Assembly (NCBI GenBank): GCA_034521595.1
Contig: JAXHMG010000003.1
Coordinates: 2,368,001-2,432,000 of the forward strand
DNA length: 64,000 bases
Direction: 5' to 3'
From: Gemmatimonadota bacterium
GTDB lineage: Bacteria > Gemmatimonadota > Gemmatimonadetes > Longimicrobiales > Gaopeijiaceae
A program made the translations under genes and the position numbers. Below are positions 1 to 10,220 of this stretch, one piece after another. Every line of letters starts with the position of its first letter. Within the stretch, counting starts at the first letter, position 1. The notes beneath the pieces are model-generated. The model saw only the letters and a list, made by a program, of their open reading frames with translations. It was not told the DNA's origin and did no database searches.

Positions 1-22
1 AATAACCCGGCCCGGACTGAAC

Positions 23-64
23 GCGAAGAGGCCCGGCCGGCGTACGCCGGCCGGGCCTCTTCGC
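23..64. terminator. Perfect 42-bp palindrome, likely terminator of the DUF4168-like gene (possibly bidirectional)
   Basis: GCGAAGAGGCCCGGCCGGCG-TA-CGCCGGCCGGGCCTCTTCGC, 25 bp beyond the stop at 89; no long U-tract on the minus strand. Confidence 0.7.
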
Positions 65-88
65 CCTTCTTCGATGTAGCGTCGATGC

Positions 89-490
89 TTACAGGTTGCC
101 GGACCCGTCAGCCCCCGTCAGCTCCTCGTAGACCGCCTCGAACTCCGCGCGCAACTCCTCGTCGGAGTTGAGGATCTGAGTGATCGCGCTGTAGCGCTCC
201 ACGGAGAGCCCGTGCTCGTCGAGAATCTGGGTCATCCGGTCGTTGGCTTCCTGCTGCAGCGCATTCGCCTCCTCCGCGTTCTCGGCAGCGGCGAGCTCCG
301 GACTCATCTCGGCACGCACTTCACCGATCGCGACGTACGCCTCCGCGAAGGTCTCGAGCTCGGCCTGGTCCGGCATGTTCGGACCACCTCCGGCACCACC
401 CTGCGGCGCCTGTGCGCTCACGTGGGCCGGAGCCAGCGCCATGAGAAGGGCGAGCGTGGTGCCGGTCAAGCTCCTGGTCAGGATCTTCAT
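89..490 (-). CDS. Secreted helical protein, DUF4168-like
   Basis: ATG at 490 with AAGGAG RBS; signal peptide MKILTRSL...HVSA-Q; pattern ELETFAEAY..I..VR..GLSVERY..I typical of DUF4168. Confidence 0.75.
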   Translation of the reverse strand: MKILTRSLTGTTLALLMALAPAHVSAQAPQGGAGGGPNMPDQAELETFAEAYVAIGEVRAEMSPELAAAENAEEANALQQEANDRMTQILDEHGLSVERYSAITQILNSDEELRAEFEAVYEELTGADGSGNL

Positions 491-546
491 TTCATCGTCT
501 CCTTGGACGTCCTGGGTCCGATTCGGATGTGCGCTCGACACTAGTG

Positions 547-562
547 GCAACCTTCGTTCCAA
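547..562 (-). promoter_or_regulatory. sigma54 (-24/-12) promoter for the DUF4168-like gene
   Basis: Minus strand TTGGAACGAAGGTTGC = GG-N10-GC, one mismatch from TGGCAC-N5-TTGC, 57 bp upstream of the ATG; a sigma54 activator is encoded next door. Confidence 0.75.
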
Positions 563-731
563 CCTCGGGCCAACGTGGCCTGGATCCTGCTGAAGTCATT
601 GCGGCACAGGGGACTTGAGCGACGGATGCTGCGGCTTCGGGCACTCCTGGCACGTCCCCCGAGGCCCGCAAGACTGTATCGATGTGACACATGCGCCATT
701 ATACTAGGAGAGACATGAGCCCGGAGGACCG

Positions 732-2339
732 ATGACCGACACCAGAGGAGCGACGCAAGACGAATCCGGCGACGCATCGGACCTGGACCTGGGAGAAGCC
801 GTCGAACCACCGGGATCCACCGGGCAGGTCTTCAGCCTCCGTACGGCCCTGGTGCTCCGCGTCTTGGTGCCGCTTTTCCTCGTGCTGGGCGGCGCGGTCT
901 TCTGGTTGCTCCACACCGTCGAAGACGAGGCGGAACAGCGACTCAAGGACGAGGTCGAGCTCGTCAGCCGAGCGCTCAGGCTCCCGCTCGTGCATGCGAT
1001 GGAGCGTGACCGGCCGGGCACGGTGTCCGAGGCGCTCCGTTCCGCGCTCCGCATCGGACGAGTGTACGGCGCGTACGTATACGGCCCCGACGGCGAGATC
1101 CTGGCGTCGTTCGGTGGCGCCCAACCCGAAGGCCCCCCAGACCGTATTGACGAGCTCGTGGAAGTCGGCGACCGCACGGGGGAGTTCGGGTCCTTGGCGG
1201 GGCGCCGGGTCTATTCGTCCTTCGTCCCGCTCACGGACGAGTGGGGCCGGGGTCTGGGCCTGCTCCAGGTCACGAGACGACAGAGCGATTTCGACGAGTA
1301 CATCGCGGGCCTCCGCTTCCGAGCGCTCGGGTTGCTCCTGCTCGGGATGGCCGTCGTGACCGTGCTGGTCCTCCACGGCCACCACGCCGCCGTAGGTGGA
1401 CCGCTGGCTCGCCTCAACTCGAGCATGTCCCGCGTGGGCTCCGGCGACACGGAGCACCGGGCCGAGCCCACGGGACCGGAGGAGCTCGCCACCCTCACGA
1501 GCACGTTCAACGAGATGTTGGACCGACTTCAGGAGGCCGCCACCGAGCTGAACGAGCGCCGTCGTCAGCAACAGGCGCTGCAGAGCGAGCTGGCGGCTGC
1601 CGAGAAGCTCGCCGCCATCGGTGAGCTCGCCTCCGGCGTGGCGCACGAGCTGGGGTCCCCCCTCAGCGTCGTGGACGGACAGGCGCAACGGCTCCTCCGC
1701 CAGCCGAGCTCGGGCGCCGACGCTCGGACCGAGCTCGAAACCATACGGGCCCAGGTGCGCCGCATGGAGTCGATCATCCGGCAGCTCATGGACTTTGGAC
1801 GCACCGAGACGGGGCGCCGCCGCGTCACCTCCTTCGAGCAGGTCGTACGCGGAGCCATCGGGGCCGCCGCCGAAGTGGCCACCCGCACCGGCACGACCAT
1901 CGAGGCGGGTCACATGGGGCCGGGCGTGTCACTCCGACTCGAAGCTCGCCGGGTGGAGGAAGCGATCACCAACCTGCTCCGAAACGCCTGTCAGGCCACG
2001 CCCGGCGGGACCGTCCGGATCGGATACGAGCGGATGCCGACCCACGTGCGCCTCACGATCGAGGACGACGGACCGGGCATCCCCGAGGAGATCCGCACTC
2101 GGATCTTCGAGCCGTTCTTCACGACGAAGCCGTCCGGCGAAGGGTCGGGCCTCGGACTCGCCGTGGCGCACGGCATCGTCGAAGAGCACGAGGGGCGGAT
2201 CGACATCGATCGGTCCCCCCTTGGTGGAGCCCGGTTCACCATCCACCTACCGGACGCCGTGAACGACGCGCACGATGCGGAGGAGACGACCGAGCGCGTG
2301 GGCGCGACGGACGGCGCGACCGGGAGAGATGGATCGTGA
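732..2339 (+). CDS. Sensor histidine kinase (2 TM, HAMP, HisKA, HATPase_c)
   Basis: H-box VAHELGSPL, N-box NLLRNA, DDGPG, FEPFFTTK, GSGLGL; GGAGGA RBS. Confidence 0.93.
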   Translation: MTDTRGATQDESGDASDLDLGEAVEPPGSTGQVFSLRTALVLRVLVPLFLVLGGAVFWLLHTVEDEAEQRLKDEVELVSRALRLPLVHAMERDRPGTVSEALRSALRIGRVYGAYVYGPDGEILASFGGAQPEGPPDRIDELVEVGDRTGEFGSLAGRRVYSSFVPLTDEWGRGLGLLQVTRRQSDFDEYIAGLRFRALGLLLLGMAVVTVLVLHGHHAAVGGPLARLNSSMSRVGSGDTEHRAEPTGPEELATLTSTFNEMLDRLQEAATELNERRRQQQALQSELAAAEKLAAIGELASGVAHELGSPLSVVDGQAQRLLRQPSSGADARTELETIRAQVRRMESIIRQLMDFGRTETGRRRVTSFEQVVRGAIGAAAEVATRTGTTIEAGHMGPGVSLRLEARRVEEAITNLLRNACQATPGGTVRIGYERMPTHVRLTIEDDGPGIPEEIRTRIFEPFFTTKPSGEGSGLGLAVAHGIVEEHEGRIDIDRSPLGGARFTIHLPDAVNDAHDAEETTERVGATDGATGRDGS

Positions 2340-3739
2340 AGGGAAACGTGCCCAGGGTGCTGGTCGTGGAGGACGAAACGGCGCTTCGCGATCTCCTCCG
2401 CGACGAGTTGAAGGACGACGGGCTCGAGGTCGTCACCGTCGAATCCGCTGAAGAGGCGGTCGCCCCGCTATCCTCGGAGCGCATCGACCTGGTGGTCAGC
2501 GACCTGCGCCTTCCGGGCGCGGATGGTCTCGTCCTCCTCGAGCGGACCCGCACGATGGAACGGCCGCCCGCCTTCATCATCATCACGGCGTTCGGAACCA
2601 TCGACCAGGCCGTGAGCGCTCTACAGCGAGGCGCCGACGACTTTCTGACCAAGCCCTTGGACCTCGATCACCTCTCGGTTCGGGTCGCACGGGTGCTCGA
2701 GACGCGACGCCTCCGCCACGAGCTGCTCCGCTACCGGGAGGCCATGGGCGCGCCGGACTTCCACGGCATGGTTGGGCGCAGCAAGGCCATGATGGACCTG
2801 TTTCGCGATCTCGAGCGCATCGCGAGGGGTCACGGCCCCGTGCTCCTGCAGGGAGAGAGCGGAACCGGGAAGGAGCTCGCCGCCAGGGCCATCCACGCCG
2901 AAAGCCCCCGCGCCGGCGAGCCCTTCATGGCCGTGAATTGCGCGGGCATTCCCGAGGCGCTCCTGGAGAGCGAATTCTTCGGTCATGTGAAGGGAGCGTT
3001 CACCGGCGCGACGTCGACGCGGGCGGGACTCTTCCAGCAAGCCGACGGCGGCACGCTCCTGCTCGACGAGGTCGGGGAGATGCCGTCCGGCCTACAGGCG
3101 AAGCTCCTCCGGGTCCTCCAGGAAGGGGAAGTCAAGCCCGTCGGCAGCGACCACAACACACCGGTGGACGTGCGGATCATCGCGGCAACCCACCGCGAGC
3201 TCACGGCGGAGACGAGCGACAGCGAGCAGACCGGGCTCAGGCGGGACCTCTACTACCGCTTGGAAACCTTCCGTCTCGTCGTCCCTCCGTTGCGGGAGCG
3301 AGTGGGCGACGTGGACCTGCTCGCCGCCCGGTTCGTGCAACGGCACGCCGTCCGCCTGGACCGCACCCCTCCCGAGGTCGGGATCGAGTTCCTCGAGATC
3401 CTCCGTGCCTACGACTTCCCCGGGAACGTACGCGAGCTCGAGAATTTGGTCGAACGGGCCGTGACCTTCTGCGAAGGGGGGCGGTTGGAGCCGCGCCACC
3501 TTCCCGCCCGAGTACGAGAGCATACGTCCAGCGCCACTCCGAGTGGAAATGGAGCAGAAAGATCCGAGCTGGGCGCCGCGGGCTCGCTGGTCGCCGAAGA
3601 CGAGATCATGCCCCTCAAGGAGCTCGAACGCCGCTACGTGCAGCACGTCCTCGATCAGGTGGACGGCAACAAGCGGAGAGCCGCCGCCCTGCTCGGGATC
3701 GGTCGCCGCACGCTGTACCGGAAGCTGGACGGGGAATGA
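2336..3739 (+). CDS. sigma54-dependent response regulator (NtrC/ZraR/AtoC family)
   Basis: Receiver (VEDE, SDLRLP), Walker A GESGTGKE, GAFTGA, LLLDEVGE, Fis-type HTH; GTGA overlap with the kinase stop. Confidence 0.95.
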   Translation: MKGNVPRVLVVEDETALRDLLRDELKDDGLEVVTVESAEEAVAPLSSERIDLVVSDLRLPGADGLVLLERTRTMERPPAFIIITAFGTIDQAVSALQRGADDFLTKPLDLDHLSVRVARVLETRRLRHELLRYREAMGAPDFHGMVGRSKAMMDLFRDLERIARGHGPVLLQGESGTGKELAARAIHAESPRAGEPFMAVNCAGIPEALLESEFFGHVKGAFTGATSTRAGLFQQADGGTLLLDEVGEMPSGLQAKLLRVLQEGEVKPVGSDHNTPVDVRIIAATHRELTAETSDSEQTGLRRDLYYRLETFRLVVPPLRERVGDVDLLAARFVQRHAVRLDRTPPEVGIEFLEILRAYDFPGNVRELENLVERAVTFCEGGRLEPRHLPARVREHTSSATPSGNGAERSELGAAGSLVAEDEIMPLKELERRYVQHVLDQVDGNKRRAAALLGIGRRTLYRKLDGE

Positions 3740-3743
3740 CCCG

Positions 3744-6700
3744 TCAGCCGCGTGCCTCCCGCGCGGTCAACGTCGCTTCTTCGACACGCCCACTTGCCCG
3801 ACCGAGCGCGACCTCGACGGTTCGCACCCGGAGCGCCGTCAGCCACAGCCCGATATCGTCGAACCAGGCGTAGAGCGTCGGCGTGAGGGCCAACGTCATG
3901 AGGGTCGACGTCGTCAGCCCCCCGATCACCGCTTGCCCGATCGGCGAGAACATCTGCCCCATTCCTTCGGTGGCCCAGAACGCCATCGGCACCAGCCCGA
4001 ACACCGTCGTGAGGCTGGTCATCAGGATGGGTCGGAGTCGGGCCGTGCATCCCTCCAGCAACGCCGAGCGCCGGTCCATGCCGCGCGCCCGGAGCTGGTT
4101 CACCAGGTCGATCATCACGATGGAGTTGTTGACCACGATGCCGACGGTGATCAAGACCCCGAGGAACGACAGGATGGAGAAGGTGGATCCGGTCAGGAAG
4201 AAGATGAGTCCCAACCCGGGCACGGCGAAGAAGATCGAGAAGTAGATGATGAGCGGCAGGAGGAGGCTCTCGAACAGCGCCGCGAGGATGAGGTAGATCA
4301 GGATGAGCGCCAATCCGCCGGCGGCCATCATGTCGCCGAACTGCTCCTGCTCCTCGGCAAAGCCCCGCCCGAGGTCCCAGCTGTACCCGGCCGGGAGGTC
4401 GAAGGCCGCCATCGCGGCCTGGACTTCCCCGATGACTTCTTCACGCACGGCGCCCGCCGACAGCTCGGCGGACACGCTCACGGAGGTCTGCCGATTCTCC
4501 CGGCGGATGTCCTGCGGCCCCCCGACGACCTGAATGTCCGCCACCGTCGCCAGCGGGACGCTGCTTCCGCCCGGTGTTCCGATCGCGAGGTTCCCCATCT
4601 GCGCGATCGAGACTCGGTTCTCTTCCCGGAGCTGCATGAGCACGTCCACTTCGTCGTCACCCGACCGGAAGCGCGTCGCGACCTCGCCTCGCAAGGCACC
4701 CGACACGGCCCGAGCGACCTGCTCCGAAGTCAAGCCTTGGCGCTCCGCGGCGCGGCGGTCCACCCGCACGCGCACCTCTTCGGTCCCCGAAGCCATCGAG
4801 TTCTCAAGGCTGGTGAGACCGTCGATCCGCGACGCCAGCGTGAGCTCCACGCTCTCGGCCAGGCGTTGGAGCTCGCTCGTGCTCTCTCCGATCAGCCGCA
4901 CCTCGACCCCGGCGCTCCGTCCGAACCCGCGCCGCTGGTTCCATTCGACCCCGGGGATGACGGGCAGTAGCTCCTGAATCTCCTCCGAGACCTGCGCCGT
5001 GGGCTTCTCACCGCCCTCCGAGAACGGCTTCAGGGTCATGAAGATCGACGCGAAGTTCTGTCTCGAGAACGACGACACGGTCTCGATCTCCAGCTCTTCC
5101 TGCCGATCGAGGAGCACCTGTTCCGCTTCCTCGAAGATGGCGCTGCGCTCCTCGAACGTGAGTCCGCGGGGCGTCGTGATCCCCATGCGAATGAACCGAT
5201 TGTCCTCCTGAGGCATGAGCTCCCGCGGAAGGTCGGCGAGAATCCAACCTCCACCCACGAAGAGCGCCGCCGCGAATCCCGCCGTCGCCCACCGGTGGTC
5301 CAACACCCGCTCCAGCAGCCCGCGGTATGCGCCGTTGAGCCGCGTCATGAGCCATCCCGGAGCCGGCATCTCGCCACGAATGAGCCGCACGGCCAACAGC
5401 GGAACCAACGTGAAGGCGACACCGAGCGACGCGAGCATCGTGAACGAGATACTCGTGCCGAACGCGCGAAACTGCGTGCCCATTTGGTTCGGCGGCAGGA
5501 AGAAGAGCGGGGCGAACACGACGATCGTGGTGAGCGTGCCCGAGAAGATGGCCAACCCGACCTCGCCGGCTCCATTCACCGCGGCATCCTCGGGACCATC
5601 GCCCATCTCTCGATGCCGGAAGATGTTCTCGACGACCACCACCGCGTTGTCGATGAGCATACCCACCGCGAGCATGAGGCCCGACAACGTGATGATGTTG
5701 AGCGAGTTCCCCATGACATTGAGGATCGCGACGGTGAAGACCAACGAGACCGGGATCGCGGCCGCTACGATGAGTGTCGGAGTGAGTCGCCGCAGAAAGA
5801 CGATGAGCATGAGCACCGCGAGCGCTCCGCCGCCCGCACCGGCTCCTGCCAAGAGCCAGAGAACCTCGAGGATCCCCTCCGACTGGTCTTGCCAGGTGCG
5901 GAACTCGAGGCCTTCGAGCGCGGGATCGTCCGCCAGGTCGGCGAACGTCTCCTTCACCGCGGTCGCCACCTCGACGATGTTCGCATCGGATTCCTTGTAG
6001 ATTTCCGCTTGGCGGGCGTTCACCCCGTTCATCCGAAAGAAGAACTCTCGCTCGGGAAAGTCGTACGTCACCGTCGCCACGTCCGCGAGACGCACGCCGT
6101 CACTGCCGATGGGGAGCCGCTCCATCTCTTCGACCGACGAGAGCTGCCCTTCCGCACGGACCTGGTACCGGGTGCCGGCGAGCTCGACCTCGCCGGCCGA
6201 GTAGTCCTGGTTCCCACGGCTGAGCGCCTGGCTGATCATCGCGATGGTCACGCCCTGAGCGCGCATCTGGTCCTGGTCGAGGTCGATCGTGACCTCGCGC
6301 GACTCCAGCCCCTGGAAGTCCACCTGCGCGACACCGGGCACCTGAAGGAGCGCCGGCCCGATCCGCTTCTCGGTGAGCTCGGACAATCGGGCGGGATCTC
6401 CACTCCACGCCAGGGCGGCCCGGAGGACCGGTTGCTCGTCCGAGGAGAACCGCCTGAGCGACACCCGCTGCACGTCGTCCGGCAGCTCACTCCGCACCTG
6501 GGAGATCCGCTCCCGAACCTCGAGCGAAGCCAGGTCCATGTCGGTACCCGGCCGGAACTCGAGCTCGACTCTTCCTTGGTTCTGTGATGCCGTGGAGCGG
6601 ATGGCGTCCAACCGCCGCACTGTCCCCAGTCCCTCCTCGAGGGGACGCACGATCCTGCGCTCCACTTCCGAAGGAGACGCATCGGGATAGGGCACGGACA

Positions 6701-6845
6701 CGGAGAGCACCGGACGCTCGAACGTCGGAAACATGTCGAGCCGGATCATGCCCATCGAGACGAAGCCGAGCACGATGACCGACACGACGAGCATTCCCGT
6801 GGTCACCGGCCTTTGAACGGCGAAACGCGGAAGCGACATGTTCAC
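3744..6845 (-). CDS. RND efflux permease (AcrB/AcrD/AcrF family)
   Basis: 1033 aa; RPV N-terminus, TM4 GMLIDNAVVVVENI, RLRPILMTSLTT. Confidence 0.93.
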   Translation of the reverse strand: MNMSLPRFAVQRPVTTGMLVVSVIVLGFVSMGMIRLDMFPTFERPVLSVSVPYPDASPSEVERRIVRPLEEGLGTVRRLDAIRSTASQNQGRVELEFRPGTDMDLASLEVRERISQVRSELPDDVQRVSLRRFSSDEQPVLRAALAWSGDPARLSELTEKRIGPALLQVPGVAQVDFQGLESREVTIDLDQDQMRAQGVTIAMISQALSRGNQDYSAGEVELAGTRYQVRAEGQLSSVEEMERLPIGSDGVRLADVATVTYDFPEREFFFRMNGVNARQAEIYKESDANIVEVATAVKETFADLADDPALEGLEFRTWQDQSEGILEVLWLLAGAGAGGGALAVLMLIVFLRRLTPTLIVAAAIPVSLVFTVAILNVMGNSLNIITLSGLMLAVGMLIDNAVVVVENIFRHREMGDGPEDAAVNGAGEVGLAIFSGTLTTIVVFAPLFFLPPNQMGTQFRAFGTSISFTMLASLGVAFTLVPLLAVRLIRGEMPAPGWLMTRLNGAYRGLLERVLDHRWATAGFAAALFVGGGWILADLPRELMPQEDNRFIRMGITTPRGLTFEERSAIFEEAEQVLLDRQEELEIETVSSFSRQNFASIFMTLKPFSEGGEKPTAQVSEEIQELLPVIPGVEWNQRRGFGRSAGVEVRLIGESTSELQRLAESVELTLASRIDGLTSLENSMASGTEEVRVRVDRRAAERQGLTSEQVARAVSGALRGEVATRFRSGDDEVDVLMQLREENRVSIAQMGNLAIGTPGGSSVPLATVADIQVVGGPQDIRRENRQTSVSVSAELSAGAVREEVIGEVQAAMAAFDLPAGYSWDLGRGFAEEQEQFGDMMAAGGLALILIYLILAALFESLLLPLIIYFSIFFAVPGLGLIFFLTGSTFSILSFLGVLITVGIVVNNSIVMIDLVNQLRARGMDRRSALLEGCTARLRPILMTSLTTVFGLVPMAFWATEGMGQMFSPIGQAVIGGLTTSTLMTLALTPTLYAWFDDIGLWLTALRVRTVEVALGRASGRVEEATLTAREARG

Positions 6846-6896
6846 GGACTCCTTCGAGCAGTGCGAGCGTGCACGGGGGTCATGAAGCGACTCAAC

Positions 6897-9800
6897 TCAG
6901 ACCGTTTCGGGCGACGGACCGTCACCCGCCCCCAGAGGACCACCGGGGTGCGGGCGACCCGAAGCACCCGTTCCTTCGGCTCCGTGCTCCGCCGCTTCCC
7001 CGGACGCGACTTTTCGGCGTTCCCCCGGCAACTCCACGACCCTGTACAGCGCCGGAATCACGACCAACGTCAGCAGCGTCGAGAAGAGCAGCCCCCCGAT
7101 GACCGGCACGGCGAGCGGCACCCTGAGCTCGGCTCCCTCACCGGGAATGAGCGCCAGCGGGAGCAAGCCGAGGACCGTCGTCAACGTGGACATCAGAATG
7201 GGTCGGAGCCGCACCCTCGCCGCCTCCACGATCGCCTCGTCGAGCGCGTAGCCCTCCGAGCGCCTGAGAATGTTGACGTAGTCGACCAGGACGATCCCGT
7301 TGTTCACGACGATTCCCACCAACATCACCATACCGATCAGCGCCACCACGGAGATCGAGTGCCCCGTCGCCCACAGCGCCGCCACGGCGCCCGGAAGCGC
7401 GAGAGGAACCGATGCCAGGATGATGACGGGCAGCCGGAAGGACTCGAACTGGCTGGCCATCACCAGGTAGACCAGAAAAACGGCCAGGAGCAGGGCCAGC
7501 TGCATGGAGCGGACCGATTCCTGGAGATCTCTCGACTGTCCGGCGACCGCGACCGTGACGTCCTGTGGTAGCGAGATCCCACCCATGGCGGCTTCGATTC
7601 GCTCGATGGCTCCGGCGAGATCCGTTCCCACCGGACGAGCCTCCACGAGCGCCACCCGTGATCCACCCCGGCGCACGATCTCCGCCGGACCCTCCTGAAA
7701 CCCCAGCTCGGCCACGGCCCCCAGTTGCACCGAGCCACCGCCCGGGATCTCCAACCGAAGCGTCGAAAGGTCCTCCAGCGTGGACCGCTGATTCTCGCGC
7801 GCACGTACGAGGACGGTCAGGTCACGATCGCGCTCGGTGAACTCCGTGGCAGGCGCGCCGCGGACGCGCGCCTGGAGCGCCTCCGCCGCATCGCCGATGG
7901 TGAGGCCCTGCACGGCGAGACGCTCCCGCTCGAACCGGACCGAGATTTCGGGCATTCCCACCCTGCGCTCCTCCTCTACACCCTCGATGCCGGGGATCGA
8001 CCGAAGCGTCTCTCGCACGTCTCCCGAGACCTCGGAGAGAAGCCGGAGATCGTATCCGCGAACCTCGACCTCCACCGGCGCGTTCAACGTGAAGAGGCGG
8101 GGACGGTCGACTCGCACCTGTAGGCCCGGCAGCTCCGAAACGCGCTCGGAAAGCTCGGCGATGACGGTCTCTTCGACCCCCTCCGTCTCGGTGAGTCGCA
8201 CCAGGAGCGTCGCCGCGTGGCGCTCCAGCTCACCGGTACGTCCCAAAGTGCCCGCACCACCCCGCATGCCGACGTTGGTGAACACCTCGTCGACGTCGTC
8301 GAGACCGAGCGCCCGTGACTCCGCCTCCCGCGCGAGCTCCTCCATCCGGGAGAGACTGGTTCCCGGAGCGGCCTCCAGCTCGACGACCAGCTCTCCCTGC
8401 GAAAGCTCGGGGACGAGCGATACGCCGATGCGCGTCATCAACCAGGCGCCTCCGATCAGGCATGCGAGCGCGACGCCGAGAACCACGACCGGTCGCGTCA
8501 CGAGCCTCCGAAGCGCACCGGGATACCTTCCTTCCAGTCGTCCGTACACGCGGTCGAATGCGTTGGCGACCGGCGCCAGGGCTCGGGCGCCACCCGAGCC
8601 TCCGACACGAAGCCCACGAAGCAACGTCCCGGTCGTCCGTGCGATGGCGTTCCCGACGCCCCCCATCCGCTCATCGGGAGTCGCTGCTTTCGCAGGGGCT
8701 TCACCGGCTCCCAAGCGCGCACGGGCACCCTCACCGCGCCCCGCGAGCATGGGGATGAGCGTGAGCGCCACGAACAGCGCCGCGACGAGGGCGAACGAAA
8801 CGGTCCAGGCCTGGTCCCCGAACAGCTGGCCGGCCACGCCCCGAACGAACACGATCGGGATGAAGACGGCCACGGTCGTCAGCGTCGACGCGACCACCGC
8901 CCGGCCGACTCGGTCCGTCCCCGCGCGGGCGGCGTCCATGGGTCCGAGCCCCCGATCCCGCTCCCTGGCTATGGACTCGAGAACGACGATGGCGCTGTCC
9001 ACCAACATACCGACTCCGAGCGCCAACCCGCCGAGGGACATCACGTTCAAGGTGATGTCTCTGGAGAACATGAGGATGAACGTGGCGATGATCGAGATCG
9101 GGATCGCTGTCGCGACGATGAGGGTCGTCGGCAGGTGCCGCAGGAAGAGGAGGAGGACCAGCATGGCGAACACACCGCCGAGCACAGCCGCGGTTCGCAC
9201 GTCGGCCACCGCCCGCTCGATGAACACGGCCTGATCCGTCACGATCACCGCCGAGATCCCTTCCGGCAGCTCCTCCTGCAAAGTGTCGATGCGATCCCGA
9301 ACCGTCCGGGAGAGCGCGACGATGTTCGACCCGGATTCGCGCAGAACCGAGACCTCGACCGCCTCGTTTCCGTTCACGAGCGACAGCGTTTCTCGATCGA
9401 CCGCACCCCGCTCGACCCGGGCCACGTCCTGGAGGAGCACCGGCTGCCCCCCGGCCGTGCCGACGACCACGCGAAGCATCTCATCCACTTCCGTGAACTC
9501 GTTCACGGTCCGCACCACGTACTCCGCCTCACCCTCCTCCAGCACGCCGCCGGCGAGGTTGATGTTCTCCGCATCCAGTCGTGACGCGACCTGTTGGAAC
9601 GGAATCCCGAGCTGGGCGAGCCGGTCCTCGTCGACCTCGACCAGGATCTCCTCTTCCAGCCCTCCGTTGATCCGGACGGAAGCGACGCCTTCGATCCCCT
9701 CGAGGGCTCGCCGCACCTGCTCCTCCGCCACCCAACGCAGCGCGATCAGCTCGTCCCGATCGGCTTCCACGTCCGGATCGAGAGCCCGACTCGCGACCAA

Positions 9801-10220
9801 TGCGAACCGGATGACCGGCTCGGATGCAGGATCGTAACGGGCCAGCGTCGGACGGCTGGCTCCGGGGGGCAGATTGATCAGATCGAGACGTTCGCGCAGA
9901 TCGAGCGCGGCGAAGTCCATGTCCGTGCCCCACCGGAACTGGATCGTCACATCGGACCGACCTGGTCGGGAGCGTGACGTGACCTGCTGAACCCCCTGGA
10001 CGACGGCCACCGCCTCTTCGATGGGCTGAGACACGAGGGTCTCGATCTCCCTCGGCCCGACGCCGGAGTACTCCGTCTCGATCGAGATGGTCGGAAACGA
10101 GAGGTCCGGCAGGAGATCCACCTGAAGCCGCGAATAGGAAACGACCCCGAACACGATCACGGCCACGAACGCCATCGAGACGGCGACGGGCCGGGTGACG
10201 GAAAGATCGACGAGCTTCAC
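6897..10220 (-). CDS. RND efflux permease (AcrB/AcrD/AcrF family), second subunit
   Basis: 1107 aa; TM4 GMLVDSAIVVLESI, RLRPILMSTLTT. Confidence 0.93.
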   Translation of the reverse strand: MKLVDLSVTRPVAVSMAFVAVIVFGVVSYSRLQVDLLPDLSFPTISIETEYSGVGPREIETLVSQPIEEAVAVVQGVQQVTSRSRPGRSDVTIQFRWGTDMDFAALDLRERLDLINLPPGASRPTLARYDPASEPVIRFALVASRALDPDVEADRDELIALRWVAEEQVRRALEGIEGVASVRINGGLEEEILVEVDEDRLAQLGIPFQQVASRLDAENINLAGGVLEEGEAEYVVRTVNEFTEVDEMLRVVVGTAGGQPVLLQDVARVERGAVDRETLSLVNGNEAVEVSVLRESGSNIVALSRTVRDRIDTLQEELPEGISAVIVTDQAVFIERAVADVRTAAVLGGVFAMLVLLLFLRHLPTTLIVATAIPISIIATFILMFSRDITLNVMSLGGLALGVGMLVDSAIVVLESIARERDRGLGPMDAARAGTDRVGRAVVASTLTTVAVFIPIVFVRGVAGQLFGDQAWTVSFALVAALFVALTLIPMLAGRGEGARARLGAGEAPAKAATPDERMGGVGNAIARTTGTLLRGLRVGGSGGARALAPVANAFDRVYGRLEGRYPGALRRLVTRPVVVLGVALACLIGGAWLMTRIGVSLVPELSQGELVVELEAAPGTSLSRMEELAREAESRALGLDDVDEVFTNVGMRGGAGTLGRTGELERHAATLLVRLTETEGVEETVIAELSERVSELPGLQVRVDRPRLFTLNAPVEVEVRGYDLRLLSEVSGDVRETLRSIPGIEGVEEERRVGMPEISVRFERERLAVQGLTIGDAAEALQARVRGAPATEFTERDRDLTVLVRARENQRSTLEDLSTLRLEIPGGGSVQLGAVAELGFQEGPAEIVRRGGSRVALVEARPVGTDLAGAIERIEAAMGGISLPQDVTVAVAGQSRDLQESVRSMQLALLLAVFLVYLVMASQFESFRLPVIILASVPLALPGAVAALWATGHSISVVALIGMVMLVGIVVNNGIVLVDYVNILRRSEGYALDEAIVEAARVRLRPILMSTLTTVLGLLPLALIPGEGAELRVPLAVPVIGGLLFSTLLTLVVIPALYRVVELPGERRKVASGEAAEHGAEGTGASGRPHPGGPLGAGDGPSPETV

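Noticed and set aside
648..662. TGGCACG upstream of the histidine kinase as a sigma54 promoter
   Set aside because: The -12 element is CCGA rather than TTGC
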